Below are positions 18,735-28,486 of a stretch of DNA of 40,616 nucleotides, one piece after another. Origin of the DNA: Escherichia phage EC.W1-9. Below the pieces are notes generated by a model. The model was not told the origin of the DNA. It made no database searches and saw only the letters and a list, made by a program, of their open reading frames with translations. The translations under genes were made by a program, and so were the position numbers. Location: the sequence record PP445227.1; one strand, 5' to 3'. The stretch's first letter is position 1, and the number at the start of each line of letters is the position of its first letter.

Positions 18735-21481
18735 TGCCTGTTGTTCCTACTACATCCGGACGTCAGGTGCAAAGTCGTGGTGTGCAAACCGGTGGTTTTC
18801 AGATCTTCGATGTTCCTCAAGCAGATCAGGTGCTGGCGAATGTCGCAGATCAGTATGCGGTGGCATATGGTGAAGCCAGGCAGAAAGCGAATGTTGCTAT
18901 GGCCCAGGAGGCGTTACTGCAATTTAACCAATTTGCAGATGACCAGATTAACAACCCTGAAAGTGGGCTGATTTCTAAACAGGGTAAAAACGCTCTTGGT
19001 CAGAGTGACGCTGTTATGAAAAATATGCAGGAAAGGGCTCAGGCATTATTAGGCTCAATTCCTGAAAGTGAGGAAAGGAATAAATTATCCTTTCAACTCC
19101 AGCAGTCTATGCAGTCTTATTACAATCAGGCACGTCGATATGAAGTTGGGCAGTTTCAGCAATTCCAAGATCAAACGTATTTGTCAGGAAATGCATTGGC
19201 TGTCACTCAGTCTGCGGGGCTATATAGCGATAACCAAGCATTTGTCGATTTAGCCAAGCAGCGATTTGAATCTATTGATCAATACGCTGATGCGCATGGG
19301 CTTCCTGATGAGTGGCGTGTTCAGCAGAAAACTCAGCTCAAGGAACAAATGGGGCAGCAAGCATGGATAGGAAATATCGCTCAAAAATACAACGAGTTTC
19401 TTCAGGTTAATGGAGAGCCAGGGGATCTTGATGGTGTGAGTCGTGCAATATCACATGGTAATTCATTGGATGCTCGTGGTTTACGTAATAATAACCCTGG
19501 TAATATTGAAGCGAGCAAATCTAACCCGTGGGAAGGTCAGATCGGTAGCGATGGACGTTTTGCAACGTTTGCTACCCCTGAGCATGGAATCCGCGCGTTG
19601 GGTAAAAATATGTTGTCTTACCAGCGTCAAGGCTATGACACCGTTAGCGAGATTGTTAATCGCTATGCTCCGGCTAGTGATGGTAATAATACTGATGCTT
19701 ATATTAGGGCATTGTGTGGTGAGCTTGGTGTTGGGGAGAATGATCAGCTTGATATCTCTAACCCAAAGACACTAGCTGCTTTATGTGCTGGGATTATTAA
19801 ACACGAAAATGGCAGTATGCCTTATAGCACCGAACAGCTTGAAACTGGTATCTCGGCAGCCCTTGGTCTAACTAACCTTGATTCACCTAAGCGTTATACA
19901 GGCAATGCGGCATTTGATGCTATGAGCCCTCAAATGCAAATACAGGCATTGAGGCAGGCTAATGAGCTGAGAAATCAGTACCGCCAGCAGTATGCGGACC
20001 AGCTTAGCACCGTAGTTAAAGATGCATATTCAGCCCTTGATGAAGGATTGAAACCTGAGAAGTTACCTTCTGAGGACGATTTTATCCGGGCCAATGGTCC
20101 GCGCATTGGCGCTATGAAGTGGAAGGATATGCAGGCGCAGATACAATATGGAGGTGTCATTGGTGCCGCTAAAGACCTCACTCCAGAAGGACGACAAGAC
20201 ATTCTTGAACGTTTACGTCCACAGGATCCAAACGCTCCTGGATTTGCAGCTAACCAGCAACGCTGGGAGAAAATGCAGGCCAAATTTAAAGAGATGGATA
20301 GGGAGTGGGAGATTCAGCAGGGAAGAAACAGGTTCGTGTCTTCAATGCAAAATAACTTCCCGCTGGACCCGAACGACAAAAACAATCAGGCAGCGGTAGA
20401 CCGTTATTTCGCGCAGGATATCGCGCCTTCGTTTTCCATATCTGATCCGCAGAGCATCAATACACTGGTCACCGTCACAACTAAAAGCGGCATGATACCA
20501 ACTCAGGTTAAAACAATGCTTAACAGTGGAGCAACATCAAGAGATCCTGCGCTGGTTGTCCCGATGGCAAAATTCTACGGTCAGTTATTCGATAATAATC
20601 CGGCGGCAGCGGCAACACTTGATAAAAGTACGATGGCATTTTACGGCAAGGTTTACGATTATTCCCGCGCTGGCGTGCCGGAGGATAAGGCTGTTGATAT
20701 GGCTTACAGCCAGGTGTTCCAACAGGATGACCGAATGAAACAGATGCTTTCCACTGCCATGCGAGACAAAAAATATGTCGCGGCGAGGGCAACTGCTGCA
20801 CAAAATAACGCCAGCAGTCTGACTTCCTTTGGTTCGTGGTCTCCGGATATTACCGATCCAGGAAAATCAAATGCGGCCTATCAGCGAGATTACCAGACAA
20901 TTTACGATGCTAACTTTGTACAGACAGGTGGCGATGCAGAACAGGCTGAGAAAATGACCAATGCCATGATCAGAACCACCTGGGGAGTTTCTACGGTTAA
21001 TGGCAAAGCAGAGGTTATGAAGTATGCACCTGAGGCATTGTACGGAGTAAATAATGGTGCTGGTAACTGGATACAGGGGCAGTGGGAGCAGGAAAAACGC
21101 GAGCTTAAATCAAAATCCTTTGGCGGTCCTCGCAGTGATACGGACTTAATACTTGTTTCTGATGGCCTTACGGCAAGGGATAGGAGTTATGCTGTTATGG
21201 TTTTACAGCCTGACGCAAACGGAGCGATAGAACCGAGAAATTATATTGGAGAAAATGGTCTCCCTGTTCGTTTCAAGCCGGATCAGCTGACATCTCCAAT
21301 GTACAGGCAAACCATTAAGTTCCAGCAACAGCGTGTTGATGAGGCTAGAGTGCGGAGAGAAGGCAATCCGCTGCCGCAGTTCAGCAATAAAGATGGATAT
21401 ACTCCTCCAGATCTGACCAAACCATTCGGTTATGGTTCAGCCAATTACCTTCCGAGCAATATATACGCAGGGGGCAAATAA
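18734..21481 (+). CDS. Internal core/ejection protein (T7 gp15-like position)
   Basis: 915 aa, coupled starts; contains a conserved-looking block ARGLRNNNPGNIEASKSNPWEGQ…GIRALGKNMLSYQRQGYDTVSEIVNRYAP that may be a cell-wall-directed domain. Confidence 0.5.
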   Translation: MPVVPTTSGRQVQSRGVQTGGFQIFDVPQADQVLANVADQYAVAYGEARQKANVAMAQEALLQFNQFADDQINNPESGLISKQGKNALGQSDAVMKNMQERAQALLGSIPESEERNKLSFQLQQSMQSYYNQARRYEVGQFQQFQDQTYLSGNALAVTQSAGLYSDNQAFVDLAKQRFESIDQYADAHGLPDEWRVQQKTQLKEQMGQQAWIGNIAQKYNEFLQVNGEPGDLDGVSRAISHGNSLDARGLRNNNPGNIEASKSNPWEGQIGSDGRFATFATPEHGIRALGKNMLSYQRQGYDTVSEIVNRYAPASDGNNTDAYIRALCGELGVGENDQLDISNPKTLAALCAGIIKHENGSMPYSTEQLETGISAALGLTNLDSPKRYTGNAAFDAMSPQMQIQALRQANELRNQYRQQYADQLSTVVKDAYSALDEGLKPEKLPSEDDFIRANGPRIGAMKWKDMQAQIQYGGVIGAAKDLTPEGRQDILERLRPQDPNAPGFAANQQRWEKMQAKFKEMDREWEIQQGRNRFVSSMQNNFPLDPNDKNNQAAVDRYFAQDIAPSFSISDPQSINTLVTVTTKSGMIPTQVKTMLNSGATSRDPALVVPMAKFYGQLFDNNPAAAATLDKSTMAFYGKVYDYSRAGVPEDKAVDMAYSQVFQQDDRMKQMLSTAMRDKKYVAARATAAQNNASSLTSFGSWSPDITDPGKSNAAYQRDYQTIYDANFVQTGGDAEQAEKMTNAMIRTTWGVSTVNGKAEVMKYAPEALYGVNNGAGNWIQGQWEQEKRELKSKSFGGPRSDTDLILVSDGLTARDRSYAVMVLQPDANGAIEPRNYIGENGLPVRFKPDQLTSPMYRQTIKFQQQRVDEARVRREGNPLPQFSNKDGYTPPDLTKPFGYGSANYLPSNIYAGGK

Positions 21482-24400
21482 TGCCGATATATGAACAGGA
21501 TCCTAAAGAGTTGCTTGGCGAGGATATTCAGCAAATAGCAGCACCTGATGACAGTAATTTCTATATGGAAACACCTTCTTTGCTTTCTGCTGTGAACCCA
21601 TTTACCAGTGATCAACGCGTTCAAAGGTCTAGACAAGCAGCATTTCGTATAGATAACACGCTGGGTAGCTTTATTGCCAGTGCTCCTTTCAGTCAGTTTG
21701 ACAGGGTTGAAGGATATAACCCATTTGATAACGATGCAGCAGATATTAAAGGCTATGAAGATTTTGCAGATTCGTTTATCAACTCCGGTTCGCATGAAGA
21801 AACAATGGCAATTAAACATCGAATCGATCAGCAGAGAGCTGACATGGAATACAATTCAGGCTTGGGATTTGCTGGTACAGTCTCTTCTGTAGCAATGAGA
21901 TTAGCAGATCCATTCAATGCGATTTCTATGTTTATTCCGTTCGGCGCTGTCGTTCGTGGCGGTCGTATTGCAGAAACAGCCGGACGTTTTGCTTTAGCCA
22001 ATGCTGCTGGCAGTGTTGCTTCAGAGGCCGCATTGCAGGCCACTCAGGAAGCTCGCTCACCGATGGAGAGCGTATCGAACGTTGTTGTTGATGCTCTCGT
22101 TGGTGGGATCCTTGGTGCTGGTGCACAGCTACTTGCTGGACCTAGCGCGCGCGAGGCAGTGGTTAACTCAGTAGGTAATCATTTGCGAGGTATGGATTCT
22201 CCTCAAAGCATTGGTGCAGCTCAGGTTTTCAATACCACACTCGATCAGGAACAGCTTGCTGGACTTGGACTTGCTAACAAAACGTTGAGTGTCACTCCTG
22301 CTGGCCGCTTGGCGCAATCACCATCTCTTGTTTCCCGTCAGATTAACCAGCAGCTTGCCGAAAATAACTATTTCTTCGCCAAAAATGATGAGGGGTTGGC
22401 TACGTTTACGGCAGTCGAGACTAAGATTAAGCAATACGACGCCATGCTTTATAAGCAGATGGAAGCTACTCGTGATGCTTACCAGCAGTACAGCAAATCT
22501 GTCAGCGCCCGCGGCGTGAAGAGGATGAACTTTATTGATTTCAATGAAGCTGTTGGCATGGCTATGCGCCGTGGTGATCAGAGTGATATTCCTGAGGTTT
22601 CACAAGCAGCCGCCAGAATCCGCCCCATTTTTGAGACCACAAAAGCCCGTATGCAGGAATTGGGGATCCTTCCTGAGGATATCGATGTCGTGACGGCGAA
22701 GAGTTATCTTCCCCGCATTTATAAGTTCGATAAGATACTTTCCGACCGCACTGAATTCAGAGGGCGAATTGCCAACTGGATACAAGGGATTAGTGCCAAA
22801 GGTGCTGACAAAGCAGGTCAGCGAATTGAAAAGATAAATTCATTGCTAAAAACTGCAGAGGAATCAGCACCGCGCGCTGATGCTCTCGCTAGTGAAATCG
22901 CTGAAGCGGAGAAATGGTCTGGTAAAAAAATTCTACTCATGGAAGAACTGGATAAACGAAATAAGCTTATATCTCAGGAGACTGACACACAGGCGCGTCT
23001 TACAAGAATAGAAAAAGAGTTGGCCGAGACTTCATCAGAAAAACTTCAGGCAAGAATGATGAAAGAAAGCTCTGACCTTAAAACACGCCTTGATGATATA
23101 GCGCAGGCAAAGAGTGAGCTTCCTGTCTATCAGCGCCATATGGAGTTGCTGGATAATCCACGGAAATATCGTTCTGAGCTTCGCCGACTGCAAAAACGGG
23201 CAAATTCAACCACAAGGCTGAATGCAAGCCGCGAGCGAGCACTGAAGCAGATGGAGCCTCTATCCCGAGAGGAAGCAGAGGACGCTGCTGACGAGATCGT
23301 GAATAAAATAATAGGCGCACCTTCCGGGCTTGTACCAGCCGATATTATCCCAGAGAGACTCGTTGGTCGGGCTGGTTTCACTAAAAGCCGAACGCTGCTT
23401 ATTCCTGATGAGCGTATAGAAGATTTTCTTGAATCAGATGTTAACTACATCATGGAAAGTTATCTCCGGCAGGTGGCACCAGAAATTGAGCTGACTGCGC
23501 AGTTTGGCCGTAAAGATATGGGGGAGCAAATCCGTCAGGTTAGTGAGGAATATACCCGGCTAATAAAAGAGGCTAAAACACCTAAACGACGTGCAGCTCT
23601 TGAGAAGCAACGGGAGGCTGATATTAGGGATATTACGGCTATGCGTGACCGACTGCTTGGTACTTACGGCGCACCTCAAGATCCACGCAGTTTCTTTGTT
23701 CGTGCCGGGCGAGTTGCTAGGAATATTAACTTCCTCCGTTTGCTTGGTGGAATGACCGTCTCCGCTGCAACTGATCTGATGCGACCGATGATGCAGCATG
23801 GCCTGAGAAAATCTCTCGGACCAATGGTAAGCATGCTTAAAAATATGGACTCAGTGAAAATTGCAACCAGGGATTTGCGAGAAATGGCAGTTGGGCTTGA
23901 TTATGTCCTGTCTACGCGCACAAAGGCTATAGCGGATCTTACTGACCCCTATAGCCGGAGAAGCGCCGCTGAGCGAGGTCTGAACTGGATGACGCAGAAA
24001 TTCGGTAACTGGACGCTGATGAATCAGTGGAACAGCGCACTTAAATCATGGTCTGGGATGATAGTGCAGTCGAGGATACTTGACGCGGCTCGCCAAGTTT
24101 CTGCTGGTGGCACGCTCTCCAAAAGTGAAATGCGGAAGATGGCACAGGTCGGCATCAATGAAGATGTTCTGCGCCGAATCGGGGAGCAATTCGGGAAGCA
24201 CGGAGAGGATATGGACGGGCTGTTAACCGGGCATAGTCATCTGTGGGATGACCGTTTCGCTAGAGAGATTTTCCAGTCTGCAGTGCTGAAAGATGTAGAC
24301 TCAGTGATTGTAACGCCTGGCGTAGGTGATACACCGCTGTTTTTTAGTAAAGAAGGCTGGAAGATGATCACGCAGTTCAAAACGTTTATCTTCGCACAGC

Positions 24401-24870
24401 ATAACAGGGTGCTAGTATCTGGTATCCAGCAGGGCGATGCTGCATTCTATCTTGGTGCGCTTGGCACGATTGCGCTTGGCTCAATGGTCTATATGATGAA
24501 ACAGAAGTTAAGCGGTCGCGATATCGACTACAGCTGGAATAACCTTGTGAAAGAGGGGATCGACCGGGGCGGAATGCTTGGCTGGCTCTCTGAGCCGCTG
24601 AATACCGTTGAGAACATAAGCGGCGGTAGGTTTGGTCTTGGCGCGATGTTTGGTGCGCCTCCGGTATCAAGGTTTCAGAGTCGTAATGCTATTGGTGCTT
24701 TACTTGGTCCTACCTTTGATCTTGGCGGTGATGCCGCGACGGTTGCAAATGGTGTACTTAACGGAGAATTTGACAGCCAGCAAACCCACGCTGTCCGTAA
24801 AATGCTACCTTTTCAGAATCTGTGGGCGATATCACCATTACTAAATAAAGTTGAAGAGCAGATGAAATAG
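21481..24870 (+). CDS. Large internal core/ejection protein (T7 gp16-like position)
   Basis: 1129 aa, last gene of the ejection block, long coiled-coil centre. Confidence 0.5.
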   Translation: MPIYEQDPKELLGEDIQQIAAPDDSNFYMETPSLLSAVNPFTSDQRVQRSRQAAFRIDNTLGSFIASAPFSQFDRVEGYNPFDNDAADIKGYEDFADSFINSGSHEETMAIKHRIDQQRADMEYNSGLGFAGTVSSVAMRLADPFNAISMFIPFGAVVRGGRIAETAGRFALANAAGSVASEAALQATQEARSPMESVSNVVVDALVGGILGAGAQLLAGPSAREAVVNSVGNHLRGMDSPQSIGAAQVFNTTLDQEQLAGLGLANKTLSVTPAGRLAQSPSLVSRQINQQLAENNYFFAKNDEGLATFTAVETKIKQYDAMLYKQMEATRDAYQQYSKSVSARGVKRMNFIDFNEAVGMAMRRGDQSDIPEVSQAAARIRPIFETTKARMQELGILPEDIDVVTAKSYLPRIYKFDKILSDRTEFRGRIANWIQGISAKGADKAGQRIEKINSLLKTAEESAPRADALASEIAEAEKWSGKKILLMEELDKRNKLISQETDTQARLTRIEKELAETSSEKLQARMMKESSDLKTRLDDIAQAKSELPVYQRHMELLDNPRKYRSELRRLQKRANSTTRLNASRERALKQMEPLSREEAEDAADEIVNKIIGAPSGLVPADIIPERLVGRAGFTKSRTLLIPDERIEDFLESDVNYIMESYLRQVAPEIELTAQFGRKDMGEQIRQVSEEYTRLIKEAKTPKRRAALEKQREADIRDITAMRDRLLGTYGAPQDPRSFFVRAGRVARNINFLRLLGGMTVSAATDLMRPMMQHGLRKSLGPMVSMLKNMDSVKIATRDLREMAVGLDYVLSTRTKAIADLTDPYSRRSAAERGLNWMTQKFGNWTLMNQWNSALKSWSGMIVQSRILDAARQVSAGGTLSKSEMRKMAQVGINEDVLRRIGEQFGKHGEDMDGLLTGHSHLWDDRFAREIFQSAVLKDVDSVIVTPGVGDTPLFFSKEGWKMITQFKTFIFAQHNRVLVSGIQQGDAAFYLGALGTIALGSMVYMMKQKLSGRDIDYSWNNLVKEGIDRGGMLGWLSEPLNTVENISGGRFGLGAMFGAPPVSRFQSRNAIGALLGPTFDLGGDAATVANGVLNGEFDSQQTHAVRKMLPFQNLWAISPLLNKVEEQMK

Positions 24871-24871
24871 G

Positions 24872-25723
24872 ATGAAAAAAATAAATTTGTTTTTTGGCAT
24901 AGTGCTTTCAATAGTCTCTGTAAATCCTACAGCTGCCAGTTCATTGCAATGCAATAAGGATAACTTTGATGCATGCAAAACGTGCGAACAATTATCAAAG
25001 GCTATCGACTTAAAAGAACCTAATCGTGGCGATTACTATAGAGGGGCTTTATGGAATGGGCTTTACGCCTCTTATGTAATTAATTGCCCTGTGGTTGCAG
25101 AGAAGTTACTGAGCCATGGTGCTATACCATCATATGGCGGATATATGGGGTCTATGGGGGCGGTTCTGACAGGAAAATGGCCTCATAACAATGAATCAAT
25201 AAATCTTTCATGGGCAGATTTGCTTATAAAACATGGATTTGATGTTAATAGGCATACGGGGAATTATAAATCAGCTACTGAAGTATGGGCTATAGATAAA
25301 AAACAGATTGAATATAAGTCAGTTTTTGACAAGTTAATTCAATCCAGCGAAGTAAAACCACTCGATCCTTCAAGAAATTTAGAATGGTGTGCGTCTGAAG
25401 GGTATCGCTCAGTTGTCGTTTATTCCCTTAACTCATGTATAGAAAATGCTATAAAACGTTTGGATGACGGTGTTTCTTCAGCGTCTGATATTTCATCAGC
25501 AGCCGTAAATTCCTGTACTAGCGATGTAGAAAATTTCAATAAGCATTTGGCATGCAAAGCAGCTGTTAAAGAAAACTCTGATAAAGAGAGAAGCAACGTT
25601 TACCAGTTATTAACCAGTGATAGTCAAATGAATAAAAATGTTATTGATATGCTGAAGGAAAGAAATATTGAAACGGTTCTTGAATTTAGAGCTGAAAATC
25701 GATCAGCGAAAACTGCACAGTGA
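24872..25723 (+). CDS. Secreted cysteine-rich accessory protein
   Basis: N-terminal signal peptide (MKKINLFFGIVLSIVSVNPTAAS), many Cys, visibly AT-rich; followed by a terminator hairpin. Confidence 0.55.
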   Translation: MKKINLFFGIVLSIVSVNPTAASSLQCNKDNFDACKTCEQLSKAIDLKEPNRGDYYRGALWNGLYASYVINCPVVAEKLLSHGAIPSYGGYMGSMGAVLTGKWPHNNESINLSWADLLIKHGFDVNRHTGNYKSATEVWAIDKKQIEYKSVFDKLIQSSEVKPLDPSRNLEWCASEGYRSVVVYSLNSCIENAIKRLDDGVSSASDISSAAVNSCTSDVENFNKHLACKAAVKENSDKERSNVYQLLTSDSQMNKNVIDMLKERNIETVLEFRAENRSAKTAQ

Positions 25724-25730
25724 TCAAACA

Positions 25731-25755
25731 GGCCGCTTTCGCGGCCTTGTTTTTA
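25731..25755 (+). terminator. Rho-independent terminator (GGCCGC-tttc-GCGGCC + T-run)
   Basis: Hairpin then TTGTTTTTA; identical 16-nt hairpin recurs at 28984. Confidence 0.6.
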
Positions 25756-25914
25756 ACGAATGCCACCGCCGCCAGGGCGGGAATCCGCAGAACGCCCACC
25801 GCAGCGGGAGCCGTCAGCGGCAGTATCGCTGTCGTGCTGACAACGACCGGCAAAGGCCTGAGTTGAAGCTACCAGAGACAACAAAACGAACAGTGCAGCA
25901 AATGCTTTTTTCAT
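25753..25914 (-). CDS. Small secreted peptide (53 aa)
   Basis: Translation MKKAFAALFVLLSLVASTQAFA|GRCQHDSDTAADGSRCGGRSADSRPGGGGIR; signal peptide with an AFA-G cleavage-like site; weak SD. Confidence 0.4.
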   Translation of the reverse strand: MKKAFAALFVLLSLVASTQAFAGRCQHDSDTAADGSRCGGRSADSRPGGGGIR

Positions 25915-25984
25915 TGTGAAATTTCCATCTATAAGCCACCTCAATGTGGCGTCAATGAGTGTAGCACTGACTTTTGTTTCGTCC

Positions 25985-26006
25985 ACAAAAAAGCCCGCAG
26001 CGCGGG
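25985..26006 (-). terminator. Rho-independent terminator for the minus-strand operon
   Basis: On the minus strand GCCCGC-gct-GCGGGC followed by TTTTTTGT. Confidence 0.6.
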
Positions 26007-26007
26007 C

Positions 26008-26556
26008 TTACTTTTCTTCAGGTTTGTTGTCTTCAGATTTCTTCTTGATGCTTGGTTTTTGTCTAAGAACGAAAATACCAGCCACTGCAACAACTGTACC
26101 GATCACTGTGCCAGCTAGAACTTCATGACCTGTTAAACCTAATAATGTTGCACAAGCTACTGTAAAAATAGTTGCACTCAGGCCAAACCACTGCCCACGT
26201 TTATCTCTATTAATAGCCCCGTCAAGTGCCTTTTCCTCCATTTTCTGGCGGTGAGCAAACTCCTTCTCCGTCAGCTGGAAGATGCGTTCGGGGGCATCAG
26301 GTAAAATATCCTGATACCCGCGAAGCAGATAGGGGGGAGGAAGCGGACCCTGAAACGCATGGTGAGCGACAACTATCTCCTGAATTTCAGGGCGATCAAG
26401 AACTCTTGTGAAGGCATCTGGGTGTTGAATGATCTCGTTACTTAGCCCTTCCTCAACTTCCTCGAACTCAGTTTCTTCGTTATCACTTGGTTGCCCAATA
26501 GATTTTTGCATATTTGTCGAAGGACATTCCTTTAGCTTCTGGTTTTCCTCTTGCAT
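26008..26556 (-). CDS. Membrane protein (acidic N-terminal domain, two C-terminal TM helices)
   Basis: 182-aa ORF; C-terminal WFGLSATIFTVACATLLGL…TVIGTVVAVAGIFVL hydrophobic segments; sequence style reminiscent of DUF2335 proteins (recalled, uncertain). Confidence 0.5.
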   Translation of the reverse strand: MQEENQKLKECPSTNMQKSIGQPSDNEETEFEEVEEGLSNEIIQHPDAFTRVLDRPEIQEIVVAHHAFQGPLPPPYLLRGYQDILPDAPERIFQLTEKEFAHRQKMEEKALDGAINRDKRGQWFGLSATIFTVACATLLGLTGHEVLAGTVIGTVVAVAGIFVLRQKPSIKKKSEDNKPEEK

Positions 26557-26809
26557 TTGAGTTTTTCCCTGTCACTATTGCCCATTTTCCGCCAGCAGGC
26601 GCTGCAATTTTTTTTCCGTTCTTTACTATATATTCAGCATAAACACGATTTTCTGACCGTCTGAGATCGTCTCCGACCATATTCATGTCTCTTGATATAA
26701 CTTTGACGACAGAGTCTCGGTTTAAAGCCTTGGCATAGTTGGAGCCAGGAACGATACCCAAAGGGGTGCCAGACTCTATAGCCAGCTCCTTGACATATCT
26801 TCTGCTCAT
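26483..26809 (-). CDS. Hypothetical protein, first gene of a minus-strand accessory operon
   Basis: ATG at 26809 with GAGGT 4 nt upstream; palindromic site in its promoter region. Confidence 0.5.
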   Translation of the reverse strand: MSRRYVKELAIESGTPLGIVPGSNYAKALNRDSVVKVISRDMNMVGDDLRRSENRVYAEYIVKNGKKIAAPAGGKWAIVTGKNSNARGKPEAKGMSFDKYAKIYWATK

Positions 26810-26830
26810 ATGAACCTCAACCAATCGACT

Positions 26831-26845
26831 TTACCAATCGGGTAA
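26831..26845. promoter_or_regulatory. Palindromic site TTACC-N5-GGTAA
   Basis: TTACCaatcgGGTAAT about 22 bp upstream of the 26809 start. Confidence 0.5.
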
Positions 26846-26930
26846 TTTTAAACATGAGTATAATGCTTTTAACTGCAACGAGTGTAAACAATTATTGATA
26901 ATTGTAGGCACATCCCTGTGCCGCCGCCCG

Positions 26931-27623
26931 TCAGAAGAACCCTGCTTTGTCGTTGATGTACTCCGCGTGCGTCTGGATATCACGCAGGCATTTGCTCACA
27001 CCGACGATGTAGCAGAACATGGTGGTCAACTCCGCCGCCGCGCCCGATACGTCGTGCCCGTCTTCCTGTAACTGGTTTAGCAGATTCATCAGCAGTGAGT
27101 TCTCCGTCAGGCCGAGAACACCAGACGGCGAATGAATCAGGCTGCGGTAGCCGGGCTTCAGTGGGGCGCTGTAGGTTTTGTTCTCTACCTTCATTGCCTG
27201 CATCACTGCTGATGCTGTGGCGTTGGCTACCTGGTCGGCAACCATCTTTATGCGTTCTTCCTGCGGGAGCGAGTTTTTAATGTAACTTCCGGTGCGGCGG
27301 ATCTGAGGAAGAACCTCACCTGTAACCCATTCAAGAAATCTGAATGCTCTCGTTCCCTCAGTCATTGCCTCTTTGCAACGCAGAATAAGGATGTAGAGAC
27401 CTGATTCTGAAACGATGGATAGTTCTTGTATTCCACCAGGGGTCTGTATTGAATACAGCCCCTTTTTGTTCCAGCCTTTTTTATCAAGTTTTCTCGCTTG
27501 TGTAACATCAATATTCAAAGCATTGCACACATCTTTGGTGACAAACCAAGGTTCTCCGTCAATCATGAACATACGGATCTGGCAGGATGACTCAAAGGAA
27601 AAGATGGAAGGTTTGGTATTCAT
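26931..27623 (-). CDS. Antirepressor (Bro-N / KilA-N-type N-terminal domain)
   Basis: N-terminus FSFESSCQIRMFMIDGEPWFVTKDVCNALNI…GLYSIQTPGGIQELSIVSESGLYILI matches the Bro-N antirepressor fold pattern; ATG at 27623 after AAAGGTGA. Confidence 0.7.
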   Translation of the reverse strand: MNTKPSIFSFESSCQIRMFMIDGEPWFVTKDVCNALNIDVTQARKLDKKGWNKKGLYSIQTPGGIQELSIVSESGLYILILRCKEAMTEGTRAFRFLEWVTGEVLPQIRRTGSYIKNSLPQEERIKMVADQVANATASAVMQAMKVENKTYSAPLKPGYRSLIHSPSGVLGLTENSLLMNLLNQLQEDGHDVSGAAAELTTMFCYIVGVSKCLRDIQTHAEYINDKAGFF

Positions 27624-27889
27624 AGCGATCACCTTTGTAGTTAGGTTAATCACCACCGCTGAGACCAATCAGATGGTGGTGAACTGTGCAGAGTTGGTCT
27701 TACCGGCTACAAAGGAACCCGGCGCACCTTTCGGTGCCCCCACACAGCCCACCATAGAATAGGTGCGCTTTACACATAAAAAAACCGCTTATGCGGCATA
27801 TGTGCCTCTGTAGTAATCCGGGAGACCAATCCCGGCACTGGATTTTGCCAGTGCCCGATTACTATGGCACAAGAGGAGTGCAATGTAAA

Positions 27890-27904
27890 TTTACCGAAAA
27901 GGTA
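27890..27904. promoter_or_regulatory. Palindromic site TTACC-N5-GGTAA
   Basis: TTACCgaaaaGGTAAT; TATATGGTTTGAT follows about 35 bp downstream. Confidence 0.5.
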
Positions 27905-28066
27905 ATAATAAATGCATAACTCACGTTATTTCAACCCTATATGGTTTGATTTATCCCATTTCAGAAAATACCTGCCTATTTTTTTGCCAGTATGCGTATA
28001 CTTTCGATAGAATGTTTACCCTAGAGGTAGTTGGGGGTGCCCGTGAACACGAAGAGAGCTACAGTA

Positions 28067-28486
28067 ATGCAGCATTTGAGGAAATCAGAAAAAAATAAAG
28101 ACCATGAAATATTGAGTAAGGCCATTGTTCGGGCTTCCAATAATACTGTTATACCTCATGCTGAAGAGTCTGGACAGAAATTTCTTATTCGGTATTTCAC
28201 TGAAAATAGTGCAGTTGAGGAGATTTTAAAACATCAGGGAGGGGAATTTAAATGTGGAAAACTGGCAGATTATGTTCGTCGTGAAACGTCTGAACAAGAA
28301 GTATATTATGCTGATATTAATCATAAGTCAGGTGTGAAAATTGTAATAGGCTATTACACAACTCCCAAAAATGTTATGCATGAGGTCCCAAAGATGTCCG
28401 TCGAGAAATCTCATGCAATCTCGCGCAGGATGTTTGCACGCACTGCCGAAGATATGGCTCAGGAGCTCTACGACGATGCTGAATAA
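28067..28486 (+). CDS. Hypothetical protein, first gene of a two-gene accessory cassette
   Basis: ATG at 28067 after GAAGAGAG; 139 aa; overlaps the next gene by 11 nt. Confidence 0.5.
   Translation: MQHLRKSEKNKDHEILSKAIVRASNNTVIPHAEESGQKFLIRYFTENSAVEEILKHQGGEFKCGKLADYVRRETSEQEVYYADINHKSGVKIVIGYYTTPKNVMHEVPKMSVEKSHAISRRMFARTAEDMAQELYDDAE

Noticed and set aside
25668-25919. 83-aa plus-strand ORF after the secreted-protein gene
   Set aside because: Arg/Gln-rich shadow translation; the minus-strand small ORF with a signal peptide is the more plausible reading, and a terminator hairpin lies at its 5' end.
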